Source of the DNA: an uncultured delta proteobacterium
GTDB taxonomy: Bacteria > Desulfobacterota > Binatia > HRBIN30
Length of the DNA stretch: 64,000 nt
Direction of reading: 5' to 3'
NCBI GenBank assembly: GCA_963729835.1
Contig: CAVSQF010000022.1
Span: forward strand, 296,150-360,149
The notes below the pieces were generated by a model, which saw nothing but the letters and a program-made list of their open reading frames with translations, was not told the DNA's origin and ran no database searches. The position numbers and the translations under genes are program-made. Positions within the stretch are counted from its first letter, which is position 1. The number at the start of each line of letters is the position of its first letter. Positions 1-9,000 of the stretch are shown here, piece by piece.

Positions 1-1674
1 AGATGCGGGCGCCGATCTCCTGTAAGTGGCCCGACGAGAAGGTCTCACCGGTAACGTAGGTCAGCCATTTCTCAAACCACAGCATCGGCCAGCCCTTGAG
101 GCCCATCACGGTGCGGAACACCGGCCCGCTGTTCTCGAACGCCGTGACGATGGCCCTGTACAGGAAGGATTTGGGATCAAGATTGTGCACCGCCTTGGGG
201 ATGATGCCGTACGTCGTAAACATGCAGAGCACCATGGAGTTGATCGCGCAGGCGAGGTTCTGCTGTACGATCGGCAACTCCGCCTTCAGTTTCAAATTCT
301 GCGGGTTGATCGTCAGCGGCCCAGTGGACTCCAAATACATGCTGGCGCCTTGGATGTGACACCCACCGCGGTTGGTGGTGGCGTACTCGACGCCTTGGGC
401 GAACGAGCCGCGCGGATCGTAGGCGGACAGCTCCAGGCCTTTCACGTGGATTGCGAACTCCTTGCCGCCGTACTTCTCGCTCATGCGCTTGACGCCGTCG
501 GCGAGGTCATTGCCCAACCCGCGGCGGTGCCCGATATCTTTGATCATATCGCTGACGCCCGCGGCATCGCCGAAGCGCAGTCCCACCTTGAGCATGCCGC
601 GCTCCTGCAACTCCATCGTGAATGCCAGCACGGAGCCGAGGCTGATGGTGTCCATCCCGAGATCGTCGGCGAGGTAGCTCCACTCATCAACCTTCTTGAG
701 GTCGGAAATTTCCAGATTGCTCCCCATCAGCCCGACGGTCTCGTACTCCGGCCCCTTGACGCGGCCCACGCCCTCGACCATCACGTCGCGGCCGCAGGTG
801 ACCGGGCAATGCATACAGCTCGTCTTGACCCCGACCAGCTCATGGTCCGCCATGTACTCGCCGGAGAGACTCAGGGCATCACGGAAATGGCCGTACTTGA
901 AATTATGCGTGGGGAGGATGTTGCGCGCGTTGGTGGTATTGACGATGTTGGCAGTTCCACACCGTTTCAACAGTCCACCGAGGACCGGATGATCGCGGAA
1001 GTGGTCGCGCAGCCACTTCGTGTACTCTTTGAACTTCTCCTCATTGTCCATCTCCAGCTTGCGTGAGCCATTGATGGAGATCGCCTTGAGCCGCTTCGAG
1101 CCCATGACCGCGCCGACGCCGGTACGGCCCGCAATCCGTTCTTCGGAAACGATGCCTGCGTACAGCACCTTGTTTTCGCCCGCTGGTCCAATGACCGCAT
1201 GATGCTTCTTCTTGTCGAGCGCTTCCTGGGTGGCGTAGGTCCCCTTGCCCCAGAGGTCATCGGCGTCGATGAATCGCACCTCGCTGCGGTCGCCGTCGAT
1301 CTCCAGGCGCACGGGCTTCGCCGACTGGTTCTTGCAGATCAGGATGTCGATGCCGCCGCGCTTCATGCCGTAGGCGAACGACCCGCCGCACGCCGCGTTG
1401 CCGATCGCGCCGGTCAGCGGGCTCTTGCAGACGACGGCGAAGCGGTTTGACTGCGGGGCCACGGAGCCGTTGAGTGGACCGGTCGCGAAGATCAACGGGT
1501 TCTTCGGCCCCAGTGGGTCGATGCCCGGCTCGGTCATGTCATAGAGCAAGCGGGTCCCGTACCCTTTTCCGCCGATGTACAGACGGGCGGTGCCTTCATC
1601 GAGCGGCTTGAACGTGTGCGTCCGCTTTTCCAGATCCACTTCGAGAATGCGGCCAGCGTATCCTTTAATCATGG
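1..1674 (-). CDS. aor: tungsten-containing aldehyde:ferredoxin oxidoreductase (AOR family), 3' end cut by window edge
   Basis: Minus-strand translation from ATG ~1672-1674 reads MIKGYAGRILEVDLEKRTHTFKPLDEGTARLYIGGKGYGTRLLYDMTEPGIDPLGPKNPLIFATGPLNG..., the classic AOR N-terminus. Later blocks include GGCHIQGASMYLE. Absent from ORF track because no in-window stop. The + ORF 26..1066 is its antisense artefact. Confidence 0.85.
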
Positions 1675-1774
1675 TGTCGACTCCCACTCTGTCCTTTCTA
1701 CCCATGCCCTGCTGTTCAAGCAACTTGAGAGTTGCACCCGCCGCCGGGTGGGAGCCTAACTAACGCCACCCTCC

Positions 1775-2734
1775 TCACAACCCCAGCCCGACCAGGTACT
1801 CGGTGGGCGGACGAAACGCGTTGAGCGACCATCCCAAGGCCTCATCGATCTCCGCCAGCATTGCCGGCTTTTCTTCGGGGATGCGACCGCTGATTTCGAG
1901 AAAATTCGAGACGTGGTCCGAGAGCAACGTCGTGGGGCCTTCGAGCTGCTCGACCAGCAGGCGGGTTTCTTGCAGCGCCTCATGAGCCGACAACAACGTC
2001 AGTGCGCCCGCCCGCCACCGGTCGTGCCACGGCGTGCCGGGCTGCGGCACGAACGTACGCAGCCGGATGAAGGTCGGCGGTGCCTGGTTGAGAACCTGCG
2101 CACTGCCCATCGCGTGCGCGCGCCAGCGCTCGGTGCCGGCTACGCCCACCATGAGATACACCGACAATTCGATCCCCGCGCCCATGACGTGGCGATATGC
2201 CTCGACCGCCTGTTCCGGCGTGACTCCCTTGTTGATGGCCTGCAGCGTCGCAGCGTCGCCGGACTCCAGGCCCGAGTGGATGCGGGTGATGCCGGCTGCA
2301 GCCACCTGCCGCCACTCCTGCAGGCTCTTCTTGACCAGAAATTTCGCCGAGCCGTACACCGTGATCCGCTGCAAATCCGGGAAACGTGCTTTTGCTGCTT
2401 CACCAATGGCCACGAGCTTGTCGGTCGGCAGGACGGCCGTGTTGCCGTCGGCCAGGAAGATAGTGCGCACGCCGTGCGGGCCGTACGCCCACCGCGCCAT
2501 GTCCAGATCCTCGATGATCTCCTCCATCGGGCGCACGCGAAACTTGCGTCCCTTGTACATGGCGCAGAACGCGCACTTGTTATGCGGGCACGCCAACGTC
2601 GCTTGAATGATCAGTGAGCCGGCTTCGCTGGGGGGCCGGTAGACCGTGCCTTCGTAGCGCATACGGGGCTCCGTACCGAATCCAATCCTCGCGGCATCCG
2701 CAAGGGCATCTCGTTTCGGCGCTTGTTTTAGCAC
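1775..2734 (-). CDS. radical SAM protein (possible AOR-associated maturase)
   Basis: 319-aa ORF with cysteine triad CPHNKCAFC (Cx4Cx2C) near the N-terminus and protein-like composition throughout. Located immediately upstream of aor on the same strand. Confidence 0.7.
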   Translation of the reverse strand: MLKQAPKRDALADAARIGFGTEPRMRYEGTVYRPPSEAGSLIIQATLACPHNKCAFCAMYKGRKFRVRPMEEIIEDLDMARWAYGPHGVRTIFLADGNTAVLPTDKLVAIGEAAKARFPDLQRITVYGSAKFLVKKSLQEWRQVAAAGITRIHSGLESGDAATLQAINKGVTPEQAVEAYRHVMGAGIELSVYLMVGVAGTERWRAHAMGSAQVLNQAPPTFIRLRTFVPQPGTPWHDRWRAGALTLLSAHEALQETRLLVEQLEGPTTLLSDHVSNFLEISGRIPEEKPAMLAEIDEALGWSLNAFRPPTEYLVGLGL

Positions 2735-2931
2735 GATTTATCGCGGGAGAAACCGGGGGGATCAGCTTCTGAGGTGGTTTTTCGCTTCGTCCCTTGGCCA
2801 TATCGAAACGGCACAATTTCTTGATTTTCATTCTTGACGCCCTGGCCTTGAAAAGGTAGGCGAACGTAGGTTGATAGTTGCGTGCTCACGGCTCTAGTTA
2901 CGTCGGCGGTCCGCTCACAAGAGGAGGATGT

Positions 2932-4330
2932 CATGGAAAAATGTTTCCACGTGACAATATGGGGCGAAGGAAACAACCGAGTACGTCCGATGGCTTTGCG
3001 GCTGTTGCTCGGGGCCACGCTGGCGGCGGCAATCGTGTCATTTGCGGGCACCGAGGCCAGGGCGGTCCCGAGCTTTGCGCGGCAAACGGGGCTGGCCTGT
3101 TCCTCGTGTCACACGACGTTTCCCGAGCTCAACGCCTTCGGGCGTGCGTTCAAGATGCACGGGTATTCCGCGCTTGGAATGAAGGAGCTCGAAGAAACTG
3201 GCAGTGACAAGACGCCACCGTTGACGATCAATCGGGCCTTTCCTTTGTCGGTGATGTTCCAGACATCGATCACCCGAACCAATCAGGCACAACCTGGAAC
3301 ACAGAATGGCAACGTCGAGTTCCCGCAGCAGATCAGCCTCTTTCTCGCCGGGGAGATCACGCCCCACATCGGTACGTTCCTGCAGGCGACCTACGACGGG
3401 CAGAGCGACCACTTCACGCTCGACAACACCGATATCCGATTCGTCAACGATGCCCAGATCAACGGGAAGGAACTGCTCTATGGCCTCACCTTGAATAACA
3501 ACCCGACGGTGGAGGATCCCTGGCACAGCACGCCGGCCTGGGGCTTCCCGTTCGCGGCGTCAGACACCGCACCGTCGCCCGCCGCGAGCGCGCTTGTGGA
3601 CGGGGCGCTGGCGCAGCAGGTGGCAGGGGCAGGCAGCTACGCCCTCTGGAACAGGCATCTCTATGCCAACGTGGCGGTGTACCGGACCGCGAAGATCGGG
3701 AACCCCCAGCCACCGCCGGGAAACAGCAGCGGTACGATCCGGGATGTCGCGCCCTATTGGCGGCTCGCGTGGCAGCAGAACTGGGGAGCCAACTACCTCG
3801 AGCTAGGCACCTTTGGGATGTTCGCTCAAATGTTTCCCGACTTGAAGGATGCCGACGGTAACCCGATCAACTCTGCCGGCACCGACAAGTTCACCGATCT
3901 GGCCTTCGACACCCAATACGAGCGCCCGCTCGGCAAGGATTTCATCTCGGCGCACGCAACCTACATTTATGAGAACCAGCAGCTTGACGCTACGCAAGGC
4001 GCCGGCGCCTCGGCCCGGCGCAACGACAAGTTGCACACCTTCCGCCTCGATGGCATTTACCACTGGCGCGAGCGCCTGGCGCTGGCACTCGGCTACTTCC
4101 TCACGCGCGGGACGAACGACGCAACGTTCTACTCAAGCAGCATCAACGGCAGCCCGGACAGCGACGGCGTGCGGACCGAGATTAGCTATTTCCCGTGGCA
4201 AAACGTGAGGCTGTCTCTCCAGTACACGGTGTACACGGAGTTCGACGGCCGCAGCCATAACTTCGACGGCAGCGGTCGTGACGCGGTCGACAACAACACG
4301 CTCTACGCACTGCTGTGGCTGATGTACTAA
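2932..4330 (+). CDS. cyc2: Cyc2-like fused monoheme cytochrome c / outer-membrane beta-barrel (candidate Fe(II) oxidase or EET porin-cytochrome)
   Basis: Strong SD AAGAGGAGG 5 nt before ATG at 2932 (alternative ATG at 2989). Signal peptide MALRLLLGATLAAAIVSFAGTEARA. A single CxxCH (CSSCH) lies 10 residues into the mature protein. The following ~430 aa is amphipathic and beta-rich and ends in aromatic residues (LWLMY), typical of beta-barrel OMPs. Size and architecture match Cyc2. Confidence 0.65.
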
Positions 4331-4352
4331 AACCGAGGAGCCCGCAGGCATC

Positions 4353-4820
4353 ATGACGTGGTTCGGGCGCGTACCCAGGATTGCATTCCTGGCGTTCGTG
4401 GCAGTTGCGGGATCAACCGCGCGTGCGGACTCCGATGCAGACGCTGCCTTGCGCCAGGAGATTGGCGAGCTGAAGTACGCGGTGCAACAGCTCGGGGCGC
4501 GAGTCGAAAGCCTGGAGCAACGCCTCGCCGGGCGGCCCGCACCGACTCCGCAGCAAACCATCGAGGGCACCGCGCGGAAGGAATCGCCGCCACCTACGGC
4601 CCCGGGCGGCACAACTCAGGAGCGCTGGAGACGCCTCACGCGTGGGATGAGTGTGGAGCAGGTCGAGGCGCTCCTGGGCCACCCGCAACGCACCGTGGAC
4701 ATGAGCCCGAAGACAATCTGGTATTACTCGTATGAGGGCGTCGGCAACGGCTCCGTCGTCTTCATAAAGGACGGTGGGGTGATCGATTGGCAGAGTCCTC
4801 CGTTCGGTACGTGGTGGTAA
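4353..4820 (+). CDS. BamE/SmpA-OmlA-like secreted protein with coiled-coil segment
   Basis: Signal peptide (AFLAFVAVAGSTARA), coiled-coil EIGELKYAVQQLGARVESLEQRL. C-terminal block GMSVEQVEALLGHPQ...WYYSYEG...VVFIKDGGV resembles the SmpA_OmlA fold. Confidence 0.5.
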   Translation: MTWFGRVPRIAFLAFVAVAGSTARADSDADAALRQEIGELKYAVQQLGARVESLEQRLAGRPAPTPQQTIEGTARKESPPPTAPGGTTQERWRRLTRGMSVEQVEALLGHPQRTVDMSPKTIWYYSYEGVGNGSVVFIKDGGVIDWQSPPFGTWW

Positions 4821-4906
4821 CGGCGTATTGACACGTGCGCCGAAAAGATGTCTCGATCAACGGACAGCATGTCCTGAGATGTAAGGATTCAGGAAGGAGC
4901 ACACCA

Positions 4907-5275
4907 ATGCGAGGGTTTCGGTTATCCTTATGCGCACTCATTGCAGCAAGTTCGCTCACGGCGATCCGGGCGCGCGCCGACGATACGGCGATGGCCAAGG
5001 CGCGCGAGAACTACATGAGCTACTGCACGAAGTGCCACGGCGAGCAGGGGAAGGGTGACGGTCCCGGCGCCGCCATGCTCAACCCCAAGCCGCGCGATTA
5101 CACCGATTGCAAAACGATGCAGAAAAAGCCGGACGAAGAACTCTTCAAGGTCATTAACGAAGGCGGCGAGGCCGCCGGCATGTCGGCGGACATGCAGCCC
5201 TGGGGTGGCACGCTGTCCGACCAGGAGATTCACGACCTCGTGAAGTTCATTCGCGGCTTCTGCAAGCCGTCCTGA
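4907..5275 (+). CDS. class I monoheme c-type cytochrome (periplasmic electron carrier)
   Basis: RBS AGGAAGGAG before ATG 4907. Signal peptide MRGFRLSLCALIAASSLTAIRARA, heme motif CTKCH and methionine-rich distal region (GMSADMQPWGG). Confidence 0.8.
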   Translation: MRGFRLSLCALIAASSLTAIRARADDTAMAKARENYMSYCTKCHGEQGKGDGPGAAMLNPKPRDYTDCKTMQKKPDEELFKVINEGGEAAGMSADMQPWGGTLSDQEIHDLVKFIRGFCKPS

Positions 5276-5298
5276 ACGGATTGGTCGGCACGGGTTCA

Positions 5299-7227
5299 AT
5301 GGCCGACAAGGTCCGGGCGGTGATCCGCCCGCTGACGTGGTTCCGCGACAACGTGCCGTGCGTTGTGGCCTGTCCGGTGAAGACCGACGCGGGGCGGTAC
5401 GTGCAGCTCATCGGTGCGGGGCGCTACGAAGAGGCGTACGCGGTTGCCCGCTCGCCGAATCCGATCGCGTCAATTTGCGGGCGCACGTGTGGCGCGCCTT
5501 GTGAAGATGCCTGCCGGCGCGGCTCGATCGACGCGCCGGTGGCGATTCGGCCGCTGAAACGCTTCGTCACCGAACGGTTCGGGCCGGAGTCATTCAAGCC
5601 GATGGCGGTGGACGCGATTCCGAAAACGACGCGGGCATGCATTCAGAGCACGACGCCAGGACATCTGGAAGCAATGATGCCCCGGCGGGGGACACGGGCC
5701 AAAGTTGCCGTGATCGGTGCAGGACCCGCCGGCATGGCGTGCGCGCATGACCTTGCCGTCATGGGGTACCAAGTGACGGTGTTCGAGGCCATGGAACACG
5801 GCGGCGGGATGATGCGCTACGGCATCCCGGAGTATCGCCTGCCGCGCGAGGTCATCGACCGGCAGGTTGCTGAGATTCGCAGCCTGGGTGTCGAGTTCAT
5901 CTTCAGCCGCCCGCTCGGTGCAGATTTCGGTATTCGGGAGATCCGAGCGGCCGGGTACGCGGCTGTGTTTCTGGCCGTCGGTGCCGGTCAGGGACGCGAC
6001 CTGGCCATTGAAGGGCACGACGCGGACGGTGTCGTCAAAGCGATCGACTTCCTCTTAAACGTGAACCGTGGCTACCGCGTCGATGTCGGCGGCCGCGTCG
6101 TGGTGGTTGGAGGAGGCCTGGTCGCACTGGATGCCGCCCGCACGGCGGTGCGCGTGTTGCTCAGCGGCGCGGAACGCGCGGCGGAGGAGTTGGGCCGCCT
6201 GATCGGCACGGAAGTCCGTGTCGCTCTCGACGCGGCACGCGAGGCGCGGCGGCGCGGCGCCCTGGACGTCTCGGTGGTCAGCTTGGAGCAGCTCGAGGAA
6301 ATGCCCGCCATGCGCTCCGTGCAAGGGCGCGAGGAGATGGAGATCACGCACGGCGAAGGCATCGAGTTCATCCCCGGCTGGGGCCCGAAACGGATCGCGA
6401 GCGCAAACGGGCGTGCAACCGGCATCGAGCTGATTCGCTGCGCCCGCGTGTTCGACGACCAGGGCCGCTTCAATCCGTCGTTTATCCCCGGCAGCGAACG
6501 GATCGTGCCGGCGGACACGATTCTGCTCGCCATCGGGCAGCGGTCGGACTACAGCTTCCTGCGCCCCGAAGATGGCGTCGAACTCACGCCGAACGGACTG
6601 ATCAAAGTCGACCCGCAAACGCTGGCGACGACGGGCCAGGGGATCTTTGCCGGGGGCGACGGTGCGTTTCCCCCAAGCTTGCTCATCACCGCCGCCGAAC
6701 ACGGGAAGCGCGCCGCCGCCTCCGTCGATGCGTACCTCAAGGGCGCACGCCCCCGGCCGGCCATGCGGGTCGTGGCCGAGTTGCTGCCGCTCGAGAGCTG
6801 CCGCATGCCGGAGCGCTACGAGCAACTCACACGACACATCCCGGTCGTGCCGGTGGACCGACGCACGGGCATCACGGAGGTGGAGGAGAGTTACAGTGAG
6901 GCCGAGGCGCGGCAGCAAGCCGACCGCTGCCTCTCCTGTCACATCCACCCGATCTACAACCGCGACCTGTGCATTCTGTGCGCCCGCTGCGCCGACATCT
7001 GCCCGGAGAATTGCATCAGCTTCGTGCCGGCCGAGACCCTGGCACTCACTGGGAGTGATCAGGCAACCGTGGCCGCCCTGGCGCCAGCCGATCGGCCGCA
7101 TACGGCGTATCTCTACGCCGAGGACCGGTGCATCCGTTGCGCCTTGTGCGCCATCCGTTGCCCGACCGGGGCGATTACGATGGAGCGCTTCCAGTTCGAG
7201 GAGGTGGCCGATGGTGCTGCCGGTTGA
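5299..7227 (+). CDS. GltD-like NAD(P)H-dependent FAD oxidoreductase with N-terminal Fe-S cluster domain and C-terminal 2x[4Fe-4S] ferredoxin domain
   Basis: N-terminal Cys clusters (CVVACPV, CGRTCGAPCEDAC). Dinucleotide folds VAVIGAGPAGMACAH and VVVVGGGLVALD, plus GIFAGGD. C-terminus CLSCHIHPIYNRDLCILCARCADICP...CIRCALCAIRCPTGA. Start taken at ATG 5299 (track starts at TTG 5281). Confidence 0.75.
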   Translation: MADKVRAVIRPLTWFRDNVPCVVACPVKTDAGRYVQLIGAGRYEEAYAVARSPNPIASICGRTCGAPCEDACRRGSIDAPVAIRPLKRFVTERFGPESFKPMAVDAIPKTTRACIQSTTPGHLEAMMPRRGTRAKVAVIGAGPAGMACAHDLAVMGYQVTVFEAMEHGGGMMRYGIPEYRLPREVIDRQVAEIRSLGVEFIFSRPLGADFGIREIRAAGYAAVFLAVGAGQGRDLAIEGHDADGVVKAIDFLLNVNRGYRVDVGGRVVVVGGGLVALDAARTAVRVLLSGAERAAEELGRLIGTEVRVALDAAREARRRGALDVSVVSLEQLEEMPAMRSVQGREEMEITHGEGIEFIPGWGPKRIASANGRATGIELIRCARVFDDQGRFNPSFIPGSERIVPADTILLAIGQRSDYSFLRPEDGVELTPNGLIKVDPQTLATTGQGIFAGGDGAFPPSLLITAAEHGKRAAASVDAYLKGARPRPAMRVVAELLPLESCRMPERYEQLTRHIPVVPVDRRTGITEVEESYSEAEARQQADRCLSCHIHPIYNRDLCILCARCADICPENCISFVPAETLALTGSDQATVAALAPADRPHTAYLYAEDRCIRCALCAIRCPTGAITMERFQFEEVADGAAG

Positions 7228-7675
7228 GCCCGAGCGTCGTCGCGTTTTGCGCTGGATCGGACAATGGTCGGTGGTTGCGGCCATCGTCACCCAACTCGGC
7301 GGTGTGGTGCGGGCGTTCGTGCCCCGCGTGCTCTACGAGCCGTCGAAGAAATTCAAGCTCGGCAAACCCTCTGAGTATCCCGAGGGCGTCACGTTTGTGC
7401 CGACACACCGGCTGTTCGTGATGCGTGAGCGCAACCAGTTTCACGTGATCTCGGCCGTGTGCACCCACCTGGGGTGTACCGTGGAATGGAAAGACAGGCT
7501 GACCGAGTTTGATTGCCCTTGTCACGGCAGCAAGTTCCACAACGACGGCACGCCCTTCGCCGGCCCCGCGCCGCGGCCGCTGACATGGTACCCACTGAGT
7601 GTATCGGGCGACGGCTTCCTGGTCGTAGATTCCGCCAAGTCGGTACCGTCGACGTATCGCCTTGCGGTTGCGTGA
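7211..7675 (+). CDS. Rieske [2Fe-2S] iron-sulfur protein of bc-type complex
   Basis: TM helix WSVVAAIVTQLGGVV, Rieske boxes CTHLGC and CPCHGS. Start ATG 7211 overlaps the end of the upstream flavoprotein gene by 17 nt (translational coupling). Confidence 0.85.
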   Translation: MVLPVEPERRRVLRWIGQWSVVAAIVTQLGGVVRAFVPRVLYEPSKKFKLGKPSEYPEGVTFVPTHRLFVMRERNQFHVISAVCTHLGCTVEWKDRLTEFDCPCHGSKFHNDGTPFAGPAPRPLTWYPLSVSGDGFLVVDSAKSVPSTYRLAVA

Positions 7676-7684
7676 GAGCGTGTC

Positions 7685-8989
7685 ATGGGGGCGCAGCTGA
7701 CCCGATTCTGGCGTTGGATCACCTGGACGTGGAGCCCGGCAAGCGAGCGCGAAGCCAGCAGCGCGATTGTCGAGAACCTCTGGCTGCATTGGTTTCCGGC
7801 GAAAGTCGCCGAAGACAGCTTCACATGGAGTTACTCTCTCTGGCTCGGAGCGATTGCGGCCTTTCTGTTCCTCATCCTGACCGTGACCGGCGTGCTGCTG
7901 ATGTTTTTCTACGTCCCCTCGACCCAGCAGGCGTACTGGAGCATCAAAGACATCCACTACGTGGTCGGGTTCGGGTGGGTGCTGCGCAACCAGCATCGCT
8001 GGGCGGCCCACTTGATGGTGTTGGTGGTCTTTCTCCACATGCTGCGTGTTTTCTTCACGGGCGCCTACCGGGCGCAGCGCAGCGTGAACTGGCTCGTCGG
8101 TTTGGCGTTGCTGCTGCTGACCTTGTTCCTTTCCTTCACGGGCTATCTGTTGCCGTGGGACCAGCTGGCGTTTTGGGCAGTCACCGTCGGCACGAACATC
8201 GCCAAGGAAGCACCGTTGGTGGGGGCGGGGCTGCGGTTCGTCCTGCTCGGGGGAACGGAGATCGGCCAAAGTACGCTCGTGCGCTTCTACGTGCTGCACG
8301 TTGTCGTCTTGCCCGCGGCCGTGTTGGTGCTGTTCGCGTACCATATGTGGCGTATACGCCGCGATGGCGGCATGGCCGTCACCGACCCGGCTGCAACGGG
8401 CACCGCTCCCGTTGGTGGTGGGGCTCCGGTTGCTGGGAAGACCTACTCACTCTTCGGCATCACACCGGGGACCACCCTGGAGGTGCGTGCGGCCGGACCG
8501 CGCGATGAGGAGGACTCGGCTTTTTCATCACCCCACATGCTGCGGCGGCTGATGCTCGTCTTTCTCGGCGTGTTCACAATCACCATCGTTCTCAGTGTGC
8601 TTTCCGGAGCACCGCTGGAAGAGCCGGCGAATCCGGCGCTGACGCCGAACCCGGCGAAGGCGCCGTGGTATTTCTTGTGGCTGCAGGAGCTGGTGGCGAT
8701 TACCACGATTCGGTTGGGCGGGTTGACCCTCAGTGGGGGTCTTGTCGGTGGCATTTTGGTGCCCGGGATCCTGCTAGCGGCGGCGGTCGTCTGGCCATTT
8801 CTTGATGGCAGCCCGCTCCAGGTCATCGGCAAATGGTTCCCGCGGGAGCGCCGCGTGCAGAATACGGTGCTTGGGATCATCGCCTTCGCGATTCTGATCC
8901 TGGTGTTGATCGGCATGCTCATGCGCGGGCCGTATTGGCAGCTCTTCTGGCCCTGGCAAGCGTGGCCGGAGTTGCCACGCAGGTTGTAG
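7685..8989 (+). CDS. cytochrome b (b6-like N-domain fused to subunit IV-like C-domain)
   Basis: 434 aa polytopic protein with conserved cyt b blocks (WGAIAAFLFLILTVTGVLLMFFY, RNQHRWAAHLMVLVVFLHMLRVFF, LPWDQLAFWAVTVGTNI) and heme-ligating His pairs. Confidence 0.9.
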   Translation: MGAQLTRFWRWITWTWSPASEREASSAIVENLWLHWFPAKVAEDSFTWSYSLWLGAIAAFLFLILTVTGVLLMFFYVPSTQQAYWSIKDIHYVVGFGWVLRNQHRWAAHLMVLVVFLHMLRVFFTGAYRAQRSVNWLVGLALLLLTLFLSFTGYLLPWDQLAFWAVTVGTNIAKEAPLVGAGLRFVLLGGTEIGQSTLVRFYVLHVVVLPAAVLVLFAYHMWRIRRDGGMAVTDPAATGTAPVGGGAPVAGKTYSLFGITPGTTLEVRAAGPRDEEDSAFSSPHMLRRLMLVFLGVFTITIVLSVLSGAPLEEPANPALTPNPAKAPWYFLWLQELVAITTIRLGGLTLSGGLVGGILVPGILLAAAVVWPFLDGSPLQVIGKWFPRERRVQNTVLGIIAFAILILVLIGMLMRGPYWQLFWPWQAWPELPRRL

Positions 8990-9000
8990 CGGGTCGGACG

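Noticed and set aside
26-1066. 346-aa + strand ORF (and 96..359, 462..677, 696..992, 1020..1202)
   Set aside because: Arg/Ala/Gly-rich low-complexity translation typical of antisense frames in high-GC DNA. The opposite strand encodes a clearly conserved AOR.
2835-2880. Sigma-70 promoter for the cyc2 operon (TTGACG at ~2846)
   Set aside because: A -35-like hexamer exists, but no acceptable -10 at 16-18 bp spacing could be identified by eye; not reported as a feature.
6055-7290. 411-aa minus-strand ORF
   Set aside because: Antisense to the flavoprotein/Rieske genes, which have unmistakable cofactor motifs in the + frame.
7175-8344. 389-aa minus-strand ORF
   Set aside because: Antisense to cytochrome b; His/Arg/Gln-rich nonsense.
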